DNA of 15,961 nt from Myxococcales bacterium (GCA_038320275.1 JBBQEB010000084.1:1-15961); one strand, 5' to 3'. Numbered from the stretch's first letter, positions 1 through 8,705 are shown. Made by a program: numbers and translations. Notes: generated by a model not told the origin, from the sequence alone.

Positions 1-161
1 GGGTGCCGCTGCACACGCTGCGCGCGGACATCGACTACGGCTTCGCGGAGGCCAAGACCACCTACGGCAAGATCGGCTGCAAGGTGTGGATCATGCGCGG
101 TGAGGTGCTGCCCGCCTCGAGCCCCGCGCGCCCGCCGCGCAACCCCGGCATGCGGCCGGAG
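1..161 (+). CDS. rpsC: 30S ribosomal protein S3 (uS3), C-terminal part; 5'-truncated by the window; no stop codon, runs in frame into rplP
   Basis: Frame from nt 3 reads [36 protein letters not shown], the canonical uS3 C-terminus. The end coordinate is the presumed ancestral stop position (GAG at 159-161); the actual open frame continues to 602. Confidence 0.9.
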
Positions 162-185
162 CGCCAAGGACATCGGAGAGCGACC

Positions 186-602
186 ATGCTTCAGCCGGCT
201 CGGACGAAGTACCGCAAGATGATGAAGGGCCGCATGCGCGGCAAGGCGTACCGTGGCTCCGACCTCAACCAGGGTGGTTACGGCCTGCAGGCGACCGAGT
301 GCGGCTGGCTCACCAGCCGGCAGATCGAGGCCGCCCGCGTCGCCATGACCCGCTACGTGAAGCGCGGCGGCAAGATCTGGATCCGCGTCTTCCCGGACAA
401 GCCCATCACGAAGAAGCCCGCCGAGACGCGCATGGGCACGGGCAAGGGAGCCGTGGAGTTCTACGTGGCCGTCGTCAAGCCGGGGCGCATCCTCTACGAG
501 ATGGAGGGCGTCACCGACGAGGTCGCCAAGAAGGCGTTCGACCTCGCCGCCCACAAGCTGCCCATCGCGACCAAGGTCGTGAAGCGCGGCGCGACCCTGT
601 AG
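186..602 (+). CDS. rplP: 50S ribosomal protein L16 (uL16), 138 aa
   Basis: [11 protein letters not shown]...[24 protein letters not shown] signature; SD-like GGAGAG at 175-180, 5 nt before ATG 186; TAG stop. Confidence 0.97.
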   Translation: MLQPARTKYRKMMKGRMRGKAYRGSDLNQGGYGLQATECGWLTSRQIEAARVAMTRYVKRGGKIWIRVFPDKPITKKPAETRMGTGKGAVEFYVAVVKPGRILYEMEGVTDEVAKKAFDLAAHKLPIATKVVKRGATL

Positions 603-612
603 GAGACGGACG

Positions 613-852
613 ATGGCAACGGCAGACGAACTGAAGGCGCTCCAGCCCGGCGAGCTCGACGGACGGGTGAAGGAGCTGAAGCGCTCGATCTTCGAGCTCC
701 AGTCGAAGCACAACACCGGCGTGCTGGACTCCACCGCCGACCTTCTCAAGGCGCGGCGTGACGTGGCGCGGTGCCTCACGGTGAAGCGGCAGAAGGAGCT
801 CGCCGCGGCCCGCGGGCAGGCGGCCTCGGGGACGAAAGGGGGCACACAGTGA
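613..852 (+). CDS. rpmC: 50S ribosomal protein L29 (uL29), 79 aa with short C-terminal tail
   Basis: ELK...EL...LFEL...[11 protein letters not shown] pattern; position between rplP and rpsQ; AGGAG upstream. Confidence 0.95.
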   Translation: MATADELKALQPGELDGRVKELKRSIFELQSKHNTGVLDSTADLLKARRDVARCLTVKRQKELAAARGQAASGTKGGTQ

Positions 853-1118
853 GCGACACGGAGCGCGGCAACCAGAAGACGCGGGTCGGCGTCGTCGTCT
901 CGAACAAGATGACGAAGACCGTGGTGGTGAAGGTCGAGCGGCGGGTGGCCGACCGGAAGTACGGAAAGATCGTGGTGAAGGCGACCAAGTTCAAGGCTCA
1001 CGACGAGGCACAGGCGTGCAAGCCGGGCGACAAGGTCCGCATCGCCGAGACCCGGCCTCTCTCGAAGGACAAGCGCTGGCGTGTGGTCGAGACGCTGCAG
1101 AAGGCGGCGGAGGTCTAG
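849..1118 (+). CDS. rpsQ: 30S ribosomal protein S17 (uS17), 89 aa
   Basis: [14 protein letters not shown]...AHDE...[21 protein letters not shown] start overlaps the rpmC stop (GTGA). Confidence 0.96.
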   Translation: MSDTERGNQKTRVGVVVSNKMTKTVVVKVERRVADRKYGKIVVKATKFKAHDEAQACKPGDKVRIAETRPLSKDKRWRVVETLQKAAEV

Positions 1119-1121
1119 GTC

Positions 1122-1490
1122 ATGATCCAGCAGCAGACGATGCTCGACGTCGCGGACAACTCCGGCGCCAAGAAGGTGATGTGTATCAAGGTGCTCGGCG
1201 GGACGCGGCGGAAGTACGCCTCCATCGGCGACGTCATCGTCGTGGCGGTCAAGGAGGCCATCCCGCAGGCCAAGGTGAAGAAGGGCGAGGTCGCCCGGGC
1301 GGTCGTCGTCCGCACCGCGCGCGAGGTGAAGCGGCCCGATGGCTCGTACATCCGCTTCGACGGCAACTCGGCCGTGCTCATCAACAAGGATCTCGAGCCC
1401 ATCGGCACCCGCATCTTCGGGCCGGTGGCCCGCGAGCTCCGCGCGCGGAAGTTCATGAAGATCATCTCGCTCGCGCCAGAGGTCCTCTGA
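1122..1490 (+). CDS. rplN: 50S ribosomal protein L14 (uL14), 122 aa
   Basis: [17 protein letters not shown]...[13 protein letters not shown]...IISLAPEVL. Confidence 0.99.
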   Translation: MIQQQTMLDVADNSGAKKVMCIKVLGGTRRKYASIGDVIVVAVKEAIPQAKVKKGEVARAVVVRTAREVKRPDGSYIRFDGNSAVLINKDLEPIGTRIFGPVARELRARKFMKIISLAPEVL

Positions 1491-1492
1491 TC

Positions 1493-1819
1493 ATGCAGAT
1501 CCGCAAGAACGACCTGGTGAAGGTCATCGCTGGCAAGGACAAGGGCAAGACCGGCAAGGTACTGGAGGTCCTCCGCGCCAAGGGCCGCGTCCGCATCGAG
1601 AAGGTGGCGGTCGTGAAGCGCCACCAGAAGAAGGGGCGCAGCCAGTCCAATCCCGAAGGCGGGATCATCGAGAAGAACGGGACCATCGCGCTGTCGAACG
1701 TGATGGTGGTCGGGTCGGGTGGCGAGCCGGTCCGCACCGAGGGCATCGAGCGCGAGCGGGGCGCGAAGGAGAAGCGGCGCCGCGAGCGGGATGCCGCGCC
1801 CACGGCTGCGGTCGAGTAG
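1493..1819 (+). CDS. rplX: 50S ribosomal protein L24 (uL24), 108 aa
   Basis: KOW motif IRKNDLVKVIAGKDKGKTGKV, plus KRHQK...GGIIEK...SNVMV; C-terminus divergent. Confidence 0.95.
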   Translation: MQIRKNDLVKVIAGKDKGKTGKVLEVLRAKGRVRIEKVAVVKRHQKKGRSQSNPEGGIIEKNGTIALSNVMVVGSGGEPVRTEGIERERGAKEKRRRERDAAPTAAVE

Positions 1820-1882
1820 GAGACGGTCCACACGCATCGCCCGGCAGGAGCAGGCGCCGGCCGAAGGCAAGGAGAAGCAACG

Positions 1883-2422
1883 ATGGCACGGTTGAAGGAG
1901 CGGTTCGACGCGGAGATCCGGCCGGCGCTGGTGAAGGAGCTCGGCTTGAAGAATCCCATGCAGGCGCCGCGGCTGGAGAAGGTGGTCGTCAACATGGGTC
2001 TCGGAGAGGCCATCAACAACGGCAAGATCCTCGACGCCTGCGTCGAGCAGCTCGCCGCCATCACCGGGCAGAAGCCGGTCGTCACCAAGGCGCGCAAGTC
2101 CATCGCCAACTTCAAGCTGCGCCAGGGTCAGTCGATCGGCGCGATGGTCACGCTGCGCGGCAATCGCGCCTATGAGTTCCTCGACCGCCTCCTCAACGTC
2201 GCCCTCCCGCGCGTGCGCGACTTCAAGGGGGTCTCCCCCAAGGCGTTCGACGGCAAGGGAAACTACACGCTCGGCGTACGCGAGCAGATCATCTTCCCCG
2301 AGATCGACTACGACAAGGTCGAGAAGATCAAGGGCATGAACATCACCGTCGTGACCACCGCCCGCAACGACGAGGAAGGCCGGGCGCTGCTCCGGTCGCT
2401 CGGCATGCCGTTCCGCACCTAG
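1883..2422 (+). CDS. rplE: 50S ribosomal protein L5 (uL5), 179 aa
   Basis: [18 protein letters not shown]...[21 protein letters not shown]...LPRVRDFKG...[15 protein letters not shown] upstream. Confidence 0.99.
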   Translation: MARLKERFDAEIRPALVKELGLKNPMQAPRLEKVVVNMGLGEAINNGKILDACVEQLAAITGQKPVVTKARKSIANFKLRQGQSIGAMVTLRGNRAYEFLDRLLNVALPRVRDFKGVSPKAFDGKGNYTLGVREQIIFPEIDYDKVEKIKGMNITVVTTARNDEEGRALLRSLGMPFRT

Positions 2423-2453
2423 CGGCGCGGCCCCAGGCCTCGAGGAGATCCGA

Positions 2454-2639
2454 ATGGCAAAGCTTTCGAAGATGGCGCAGGCGAAGCGCAAGCTGAAATT
2501 CCCCGTCCGGCAGTACAACCGCTGCGGGCTCTGCGGCCGGCCGCGCGCGTTCCTGCGCAAGTTCCAGATGTGCCGCATCTGCTTCCGCAAGCGCGCGCTG
2601 CAGGGCGAGATCACCGGCGTCATCAAGTCGAGCTGGTAG
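2454..2639 (+). CDS. rpsN: 30S ribosomal protein S14, short zinc-binding type Z (61 aa)
   Basis: RCGLCGRPR...MCRICFR...GVIKSSW; two CxxC pairs. Confidence 0.97.
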   Translation: MAKLSKMAQAKRKLKFPVRQYNRCGLCGRPRAFLRKFQMCRICFRKRALQGEITGVIKSSW

Positions 2640-2650
2640 AGAGGCCGATC

Positions 2651-3049
2651 ATGTCCATGACCGATCCCATTGGCGACATGCTGACCCGCATCCGGAACGC
2701 GTCCTCGGCGCGGCACGAGAAGGTCGTCATCCCCGCCTCGCGGCTGAAGACCCGCATCGCCGACGTGCTCAAGGGTGAAGGCTACATCAAGGATTGGGTG
2801 CGCCACGACGACGGCACCCAGGGCGCCATCACCATCCTGCTGAAGTACAGCCAGGAGCGCGAACCGGCCATCAGCGACATCAAGCGCGTGTCGAAGCCCG
2901 GCCTCCGGCGCTACGTCCCGAACGACTCCATTCCCCGCGTCCTGAACGGCCTCGGCATCGCCATCCTCTCCACGTCGAAGGGCGTGATGGCCGACCGCGA
3001 AGCGCGCAAGCAGAAGGTGGGCGGCGAGCTCATCTGCACCGTGTGGTAG
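2651..3049 (+). CDS. rpsH: 30S ribosomal protein S8 (uS8), 132 aa
   Basis: [17 protein letters not shown]...[10 protein letters not shown]...[12 protein letters not shown]...GGELICTVW. Confidence 0.98.
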   Translation: MSMTDPIGDMLTRIRNASSARHEKVVIPASRLKTRIADVLKGEGYIKDWVRHDDGTQGAITILLKYSQEREPAISDIKRVSKPGLRRYVPNDSIPRVLNGLGIAILSTSKGVMADREARKQKVGGELICTVW

Positions 3050-3057
3050 GAGGATCC

Positions 3058-3600
3058 ATGTCCCGCGTCGGCAAGCTCCCGGTCAAGATCCCGGACAAGG
3101 TGAAGGTCCAGGTCGTCAATGGCGACATCCGCGTCGAGGGTCCCAAGGGGAAGATGCACTTCCCGCACAATCCCAGGGTGCACGTGGAGGTCGCGGGCGC
3201 GGAGGTCCTCGTCAGCCGTCCCGACGAGTCCCGCGTGGCGAGAGGTCTGCATGGTCTCACGCGCACGCTCGTAAAGAACGCCGTCGAGGGGGTCACCCGT
3301 GGTTACGAGCGGGCGCTCGAGATCAACGGCGTCGGCTTCAAGGCGGAGGTGAAGGGCAAGGATCTGAACTTCGTGCTCGGCTTCTCCCACCCGGTGGTCT
3401 TCAGGCTGCCGGAGGGCGTCACGGCGGAGGTCGATGCAAAACAGACGCGCCTCCTCATCCGCGGGGTCGACAAGCACCTGCTGGGCCTGACCGCGGCCAA
3501 GATTCGCGCCCTGCGCCCGCCCGAGCCGTACAAGGGCAAGGGGATCAAGTACGCGGAGGAGATCATCCGCCGCAAGGAAGGCAAGACCGGCGCGGCATGA
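3058..3600 (+). CDS. rplF: 50S ribosomal protein L6 (uL6), 180 aa
   Basis: MSRVGKLPV...VEGPKG...LGFSHPV...[21 protein letters not shown] overlapping the rpsH stop. Confidence 0.98.
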   Translation: MSRVGKLPVKIPDKVKVQVVNGDIRVEGPKGKMHFPHNPRVHVEVAGAEVLVSRPDESRVARGLHGLTRTLVKNAVEGVTRGYERALEINGVGFKAEVKGKDLNFVLGFSHPVVFRLPEGVTAEVDAKQTRLLIRGVDKHLLGLTAAKIRALRPPEPYKGKGIKYAEEIIRRKEGKTGAA

Positions 3601-3661
3601 TGCCCGCTCCATCTCACGCTCATGCGGCGGCCGTGGCTGCGCCGCCGCACGGAGGACCACC

Positions 3662-4021
3662 ATGCCGAAGATGCTGACCGCCCACGAGAAGCGCAGGGCT
3701 CGAATCCGCAAGAAGCTCTCCGGAACGACGGAGCGCCCTCGACTCACCGTGTACAAGAGCCTCAAGCATATGTACGCGCAGATCGTGGACGACACCACCG
3801 GCCGGACCCTCGTGTCGGTGTCGACCGGGTCGAAGGCTCTCAAGGAAGACGTGAAGGAGGACGACAAGACGGCTGCCGCGAAGAAGGTCGGCACCGCCGT
3901 CGCGAAGGCCGCCCTGGAGAAGGGCGTCACCCGCGTCGTCTTCGATCGCAACGGCTTCGACTACCACGGCCGCGTCGCAGCGGTCGCCCAGGCGGCCCGC
4001 GAGGGCGGCCTGGAGTTCTAG
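3662..4021 (+). CDS. rplR: 50S ribosomal protein L18 (uL18), 119 aa
   Basis: [13 protein letters not shown]...YAQIVDD...[14 protein letters not shown]...[15 protein letters not shown] at 3651-3655. Confidence 0.98.
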   Translation: MPKMLTAHEKRRARIRKKLSGTTERPRLTVYKSLKHMYAQIVDDTTGRTLVSVSTGSKALKEDVKEDDKTAAAKKVGTAVAKAALEKGVTRVVFDRNGFDYHGRVAAVAQAAREGGLEF

Positions 4022-4030
4022 GTGACCTGA

Positions 4031-4534
4031 ATGGCGATTCCCATCGACGCAAACGACTTCGACCTGCAGGACAAGGTCGTCCACATCAACCGCGTCGCCA
4101 AGGTGGTGAAGGGCGGCCGACGGTTCAGCTTCTCCGCGCTGGTCGTGGTGGGGGACGGCGCCGGCCACGTGGGCGTTGGCCTGGGCAAGGCGAACGAGGT
4201 TCCCGAGGCGATCCGCAAGGGGGCGGAGCAGGCGAAGAAGAACCTGTTCAAGGTCCCGCTGGCCGGGAGCACCATCCCCCACGAGGTGCTGGGCCACTTC
4301 GGCGCGGGTTGGGTGCTGCTGAAGCCTGCGGGCGAGGGCACCGGCGTCATCGCCGGCGGCACCGTCCGCGCGGTCCTCGAGTCCGCCGGCATCCGCAACG
4401 TGCTCACCAAGTGCCAGGGTACCCGCAACCCGCACAACGTCCTCAAGGCCACCGTCGCCGGACTGAAGCGACTGCGCTCGGCCGACGAGAGCGCCCAGCT
4501 CCGCGGCAAGCTGCTCGCCGAGATCCAGGGCTAG
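4031..4534 (+). CDS. rpsE: 30S ribosomal protein S5 (uS5), 167 aa
   Basis: [24 protein letters not shown]...[12 protein letters not shown]...GTGVIAGG. Confidence 0.99.
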   Translation: MAIPIDANDFDLQDKVVHINRVAKVVKGGRRFSFSALVVVGDGAGHVGVGLGKANEVPEAIRKGAEQAKKNLFKVPLAGSTIPHEVLGHFGAGWVLLKPAGEGTGVIAGGTVRAVLESAGIRNVLTKCQGTRNPHNVLKATVAGLKRLRSADESAQLRGKLLAEIQG

Positions 4535-4542
4535 GAGACGCC

Positions 4543-4776
4543 ATGTCCGCAATTCGCGTGAAGCTGGTCCGCGGCCTCGCCGGCTGCCCCGAGAAGCACC
4601 GCACCATCGTGCGCGGCCTGGGACTGAAGAAGCACGACTCGACGAAGCTCCTGCCCGACACGCCTCAGACGATGGGGATGATCGACAAGGTGAGCTACCT
4701 CGTCACCTGGGAGCGGGTGGACGAGGCGCCGCCGCTCGGGCGCGCAGCCCGCAAGAAGGCTGCAGCGCAGGCGTGA
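4543..4776 (+). CDS. rpmD: 50S ribosomal protein L30 (uL30), 77 aa with C-terminal tail
   Basis: IRVKLVRG...TIVRGLGLKK...DTPQTMGMIDKVSYLV; position between rpsE and rplO; AGGAG SD. Confidence 0.95.
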   Translation: MSAIRVKLVRGLAGCPEKHRTIVRGLGLKKHDSTKLLPDTPQTMGMIDKVSYLVTWERVDEAPPLGRAARKKAAAQA

Positions 4777-4843
4777 TGCAGCGCGGCTGCCCCTACGGGC
4801 GAGCCGCGCTTCCGTGGTTATCTGTGAGGGGAGAGCTTCGACG

Positions 4844-5518
4844 ATGACACTCGGTCAGCTGAAGGCGCCCAAGGGCGCGAACCGCGCACGCAAGCGCGTC
4901 GGGCGCGGGCAGGGCTCCGGCCTCGGCAAGACTGCCGGGCGCGGCGCCAAAGGGCAGAAGGCCCGCTCCGGCAACATGCACTTCGAGGGATTCGAGGGCG
5001 GTCAGATGCCGCTGCAGCGGCGGCTCCCGAAGTTCGGCTTCAACAACGTCTTCCGGCGCGAGTTCGACGAGGTGCAGGTGAGCCGACTCGGCAGCCTGCC
5101 CGTGGGCGTCATCGATCAGGCGCTCCTCTTCGCCTCCGGGCTCGTGCGCCGGACCGCCGAAGGCGTGGTCGTGCTCGGCCAGGGGGAGCTCTCGGGCGCC
5201 TACACCGTGCGGGCCGACCGCGTGACCGCCGGCGCCCGCGCCGCCATCGAGAAGGCCGGTGGCACGGTGGAGCTCGTCCCGCGGCCCCAGACCATGCACC
5301 AGAAGGCCAAGGCCGCGAAGCGGGCGGCGAACGAGGCCGATCCGCAGCGGGCGGCCAAGAAGGCCGCCAAGGCCGCTCAGGCCGCAGCTCGAGCCGAGGC
5401 GAAGGCAGCCAAGCCGGAGAAGGCGCCCAAGGGCGATGCTCCGGAAAAGGTTGCCAAGCCGCCCAAGGCCGAGAAGGCACCCAAGGCGAAGGGCGGAGCG
5501 GAAAAGAAGGGTGAGTAG
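4844..5518 (+). CDS. rplO: 50S ribosomal protein L15 (uL15), 224 aa with long K/A/P-rich C-terminal extension
   Basis: [27 protein letters not shown]...[17 protein letters not shown]...AIEKAGG; ATG 4844 preferred over GTG 4814 (purine-rich SD at ~4827-4835). Confidence 0.96.
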   Translation: MTLGQLKAPKGANRARKRVGRGQGSGLGKTAGRGAKGQKARSGNMHFEGFEGGQMPLQRRLPKFGFNNVFRREFDEVQVSRLGSLPVGVIDQALLFASGLVRRTAEGVVVLGQGELSGAYTVRADRVTAGARAAIEKAGGTVELVPRPQTMHQKAKAAKRAANEADPQRAAKKAAKAAQAAARAEAKAAKPEKAPKGDAPEKVAKPPKAEKAPKAKGGAEKKGE

Positions 5519-5540
5519 GTTGCAGGAGGGGGGGGCGCGC

Positions 5541-6881
5541 ATGGTGACGAGCGGCATCGCGAACATGTTCCGGATCCCCGAGCTGCGGAAGCGGCTCCTC
5601 TTCACGCTCGGGATCCTCGCCGTCTACCGGCTCGGGATCTTCGTGACGACCCCGGGGGTCGATCGCGTCGCGATGCGCCGCGTGGTCGCGAGCTCGGGCG
5701 GCCTGCTCGGTCTCTTCAACCTCTTCTCGGGCGGCGCCCTCGAGCAGCTCTCGATCTTCGCGCTCGGGATCATGCCGTACATCTCGGCGTCCATCATCCT
5801 GCAGCTCCTCACCGTGGTGATTCCGGCGCTGGAGAAGATGCAGAAGGAAGGGGAGGTCGGGCGGCGCCGCATCACCCAGTACACGCGATACGGCACCATC
5901 ATTCTCTCGGTGATCCAGGGCAGCGGCATCTCGACCTACCTCGAGTCCCTGCGCGACTCGACCGGGCTCCTGGTGGTGGCGAACCCGGGCTGGGGCTTCC
6001 GCGCGATCACCGTCATCTCCCTCTCCGCTGGCACCGCCTTCATCATGTGGATGGGGGAGCAGATCACCGAGCGCGGCGTCGGCAACGGGATCTCGCTCAT
6101 CATCTTCGCGGGCATCGTCGCCCGCATCCCCGACGCCATCTACCAGACCTGGGCTGCCTACAAGACGCCTGGCGCCGGGCTCGACGAGTTCAAGCTGGTG
6201 GCGCTCTTCGCGGTGATGATCTTCGTCGTGGCGGTGATCGTCTTCTTCGAGAGCGGTCAGCGCCGCATCCCGGTGCAGTACGCGAAGCGCATGGTGGGGC
6301 GGAAGCTCTACGGCGGCCAATCGACCCACCTTCCGCTCAAGGTGAACACGTCCGGCGTGATCCCGCCCATCTTCGCGAGCTCCATCCTCCTCTTCCCCGC
6401 CATGCTCGCGTCCTGGTTCCCCTTTCTGTCCCGCATGTCGGACGAGATCAGGCCCGGCTCGTGGGTGTACAACACCATCTACGTCGCCCTCATCGTCTTC
6501 TTCGCGTACTTCTACACGGCGGTGACCTTCAACCCCGTCGACGTGGCCGACAACCTCAAGAAGTACGGTGGGTACGTGCCCGGCATCCGGCCCGGCAAGA
6601 CCACGGCCGACTACATCGATCACGTCCTCTCGCGCATCACCTTCGGCGGCGCCATGTACATCGCCGCGGTCTGCGTGCTGCCGACCCTGCTCATCAACCA
6701 GTTCGGCGTGCCGTTCTACTTCGGCGGCACGGCGCTCCTCATCGTGGTGGGCGTGGCGCTCGACACCGTGCAGCAGATCGAGGGGCACCTCATCACCCGC
6801 CACTACGAGGGCTTCACCGGACCGCGCGGACCGCGCATCCGGGGGCGGTCGCTCGGCAGCAGCGCGCCCGTCAACGCCTGA
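5541..6881 (+). CDS. secY: Preprotein translocase subunit SecY, 446 aa
   Basis: [72 protein letters not shown] motifs; multiple hydrophobic segments. Confidence 0.99.
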   Translation: MVTSGIANMFRIPELRKRLLFTLGILAVYRLGIFVTTPGVDRVAMRRVVASSGGLLGLFNLFSGGALEQLSIFALGIMPYISASIILQLLTVVIPALEKMQKEGEVGRRRITQYTRYGTIILSVIQGSGISTYLESLRDSTGLLVVANPGWGFRAITVISLSAGTAFIMWMGEQITERGVGNGISLIIFAGIVARIPDAIYQTWAAYKTPGAGLDEFKLVALFAVMIFVVAVIVFFESGQRRIPVQYAKRMVGRKLYGGQSTHLPLKVNTSGVIPPIFASSILLFPAMLASWFPFLSRMSDEIRPGSWVYNTIYVALIVFFAYFYTAVTFNPVDVADNLKKYGGYVPGIRPGKTTADYIDHVLSRITFGGAMYIAAVCVLPTLLINQFGVPFYFGGTALLIVVGVALDTVQQIEGHLITRHYEGFTGPRGPRIRGRSLGSSAPVNA

Positions 6882-6936
6882 GACCGCGCATCGGCGGGCC
6901 CGCAGGCGCGGGAGCCCGGCGGGCGCAGGAGCACCC

Positions 6937-7587
6937 ATGATCCTCATCCTCCTCGGCCCGCCCGGCGCAGGGAAAGGCACCCAGGCGAAGCTCCTCTCCA
7001 TGGAGTACGGGGTGCCGCACATCTCCACCGGCGACATGTTCCGCGACCACAAGGCGCGCGGGACGGAGCTCGGCCAGAAGATCCGGGCCATCATGGACTC
7101 GGGAGGGCTCGTCACCGACGACGTCACGAACGCGCTCGTGAAGGACAGGTTGGGCCGGGACGACGTGGAGCCCGGGTTCATCCTGGACGGCTATCCGCGC
7201 ACCACCGCCCAGGCGGAGTACCTCGACAACCTGCTCCATTCGATGGGCAGGAAGGTCGATCGCGTGCTCTCGTACGAGGTGGCGGAGGAGATGGTGGTGG
7301 AGCGCATCAGCGGGCGCCGCAGCTGCCCGAAGTGCGGCGCCGTCTTTCACGTCTCCGGGAATCCCCCGCGCCGCCCAGGGTACTGCGACCGCGACGGGGA
7401 GGGGCTCGTTCAGCGCGAGGACGACAAGCCCGAGAACGTGAAGAAGCGGCTCGAGGAGTACGGGCAGAAGACGTGGCCCCTCAAGCGCTACTACGCCGAG
7501 AAGGGCCTCGTCGCGGAGGTCGAGGGCGTGGGCACGCCCGAGGGGATCCTCGCCGCCACCAAGCTCGCGCTGTCGGGCCGGGCGTAG
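6937..7587 (+). CDS. adk: Adenylate kinase with zinc-lid, 216 aa
   Basis: P-loop GPPGAGKGTQA, HISTGDMFR, GFILDGYPRT, LID CPKC-x16-CDRD, QREDD; AGGAG SD. Confidence 0.98.
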   Translation: MILILLGPPGAGKGTQAKLLSMEYGVPHISTGDMFRDHKARGTELGQKIRAIMDSGGLVTDDVTNALVKDRLGRDDVEPGFILDGYPRTTAQAEYLDNLLHSMGRKVDRVLSYEVAEEMVVERISGRRSCPKCGAVFHVSGNPPRRPGYCDRDGEGLVQREDDKPENVKKRLEEYGQKTWPLKRYYAEKGLVAEVEGVGTPEGILAATKLALSGRA

Positions 7588-7598
7588 GCCGGAGCACC

Positions 7599-8363
7599 GT
7601 GCCGGGCGGGGTCGAGATCAGGACGGCGGCGGAGATCTCCGCCATCCGCGAGGCGGCCCTGGTGGTGCATGACGTCCTGCGGGAGGTCATCGCGGCCGTG
7701 GCACCCGGCGTCACCACGCTCGAGCTGGACGCGATCGCGGAGCGCGGAACGGAGCGCCGCGGCGCCGCCCCAGCCTTCAAGGGCTATCACGGCTATCCGC
7801 GGGTGATCTGCATCTCGGTGAACGACGAGATCGTGCACGGCATCCCGGGAGGACGGCGGCTGGAAGAGGGCGACGTGGTCGGGCTCGATTTCGGCGTCCT
7901 GCTGAACGGCTTCTACGGCGACTCCGCCTACACGGTCCCCGTGGGCAGGCCTTCACCCGAGGCGGCGCGGCTCCTCGCCGCCACGCGGGAGGCGCTCGCC
8001 CGCGGGGTCGCGGCGGCGCGCCCTGGGGCGCGGCTCGGAGACATCGGCGCTGCCGTCCAGGAACACGTGGAGGGACAAGGCTTCTCGGTGGTGCGCGACT
8101 TCGTGGGCCACGGCATCGGGAGGAGTCTGCACGAGCCGCCCCAGATCCCGAACTTCGGGGCTGCCGGAACCGGCATGCGGCTGCGCCCCGGGATGGTGCT
8201 CGCGATCGAGCCCATGGTGAACGCCGGGGGCCCGGAGGTCCGCATCCTCGACGACGGGTGGACGGCTGTGACCGCGGACGGCAGCCTCTCCGCGCACTTC
8301 GAGCACACCGTCGCGATCTTGCCCGAGGGGCCCCGGGTGCTCTCACTTCCGGACCCTTCTTGA
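7599..8363 (+). CDS. map: Methionine aminopeptidase type I, ~254 aa (GTG start inferred)
   Basis: CISVNDEIVHGIP, D..FG...GFYGDSA, GHGIGRSLHEPP, AIEPMVNAG, SAHFEHTV; GGAG at 7591-7594 before GTG. Confidence 0.96.
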   Translation: MPGGVEIRTAAEISAIREAALVVHDVLREVIAAVAPGVTTLELDAIAERGTERRGAAPAFKGYHGYPRVICISVNDEIVHGIPGGRRLEEGDVVGLDFGVLLNGFYGDSAYTVPVGRPSPEAARLLAATREALARGVAAARPGARLGDIGAAVQEHVEGQGFSVVRDFVGHGIGRSLHEPPQIPNFGAAGTGMRLRPGMVLAIEPMVNAGGPEVRILDDGWTAVTADGSLSAHFEHTVAILPEGPRVLSLPDPS

Positions 8364-8406
8364 TCCTTTCTTCCGTCCCGCTCGCACCGCGGCGCGCGGG
8401 TGAACG

Positions 8407-8435
8407 TTGCACCTTGTAAAAGCCTGTGCTATAGG
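8407..8435 (+). promoter_or_regulatory. Sigma70-type promoter for the rpmJ-rpsMKD-rpoA-rplQ cluster
   Basis: -35 TTGCAC (8407-8412), 17-nt spacer, extended -10 TG-C-TATAGG (8427-8435), in a locally AT-richer island of a GC-rich window. Confidence 0.75.
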
Positions 8436-8440
8436 GCGCC

Positions 8441-8588
8441 CTTCGCAAACTGCCTCGACGCGTCCGGGCAGCGGCGAAGACCATCGAACGAGGCGGCGGA
8501 GAGACCAGCTCCCGCAGCCAGTCCCGCCCGAAGCTGCGGCGGGGCTTTTCGTCTGGACACAGCGAGAGCCAGGGGAGGCAGTCGCGTC
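8441..8588 (+). promoter_or_regulatory. Structured 5' leader of rpmJ/alpha operon (candidate attenuator or r-protein-responsive leader)
   Basis: Hairpin 8441-8479; terminator-like stem 8520-8546 followed by TTTCGTCT; ACTGCCTC (8449-8456) is exactly complementary to SD-containing GAGGCAGT (8575-8582). Confidence 0.45.
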
Positions 8589-8705
8589 ATGAAGGTCCGC
8601 GCGTCCGTGAAGAAGATTTGTGACAAGTGCAAGGTCATCAAGCGCAAGGGCGTCGTCCGCATCATTTGCCCCGCGAACCCACGCCACAAGCAGCGCCAGG
8701 GCTAG
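8589..8705 (+). CDS. rpmJ: 50S ribosomal protein L36 (bL36), zinc-binding type, 38 aa
   Basis: [45 protein letters not shown] at 8574-8578. Confidence 0.98.
   Translation: MKVRASVKKICDKCKVIKRKGVVRIICPANPRHKQRQG

Noticed and set aside
1791..1895. 34-codon [37 protein letters not shown] spanning the rplX-rplE spacer
   Set aside because: Overlaps both genes, has no good SD and uses atypical codons (CCA, AGT, AGG, AGA, ACA).
6882..6936. GC hairpins in the secY-adk spacer
   Set aside because: Interrupted stems in extremely GC-rich sequence with no U-tract; likely chance.
8364..8588. Absence of infA between map and rpmJ; possible infA remnant, tRNA or SRP RNA
   Set aside because: No IF-1-like translation, cloverleaf or SRP motif visible; infA is located elsewhere in many Proteobacteria-related lineages, so its absence is unremarkable.
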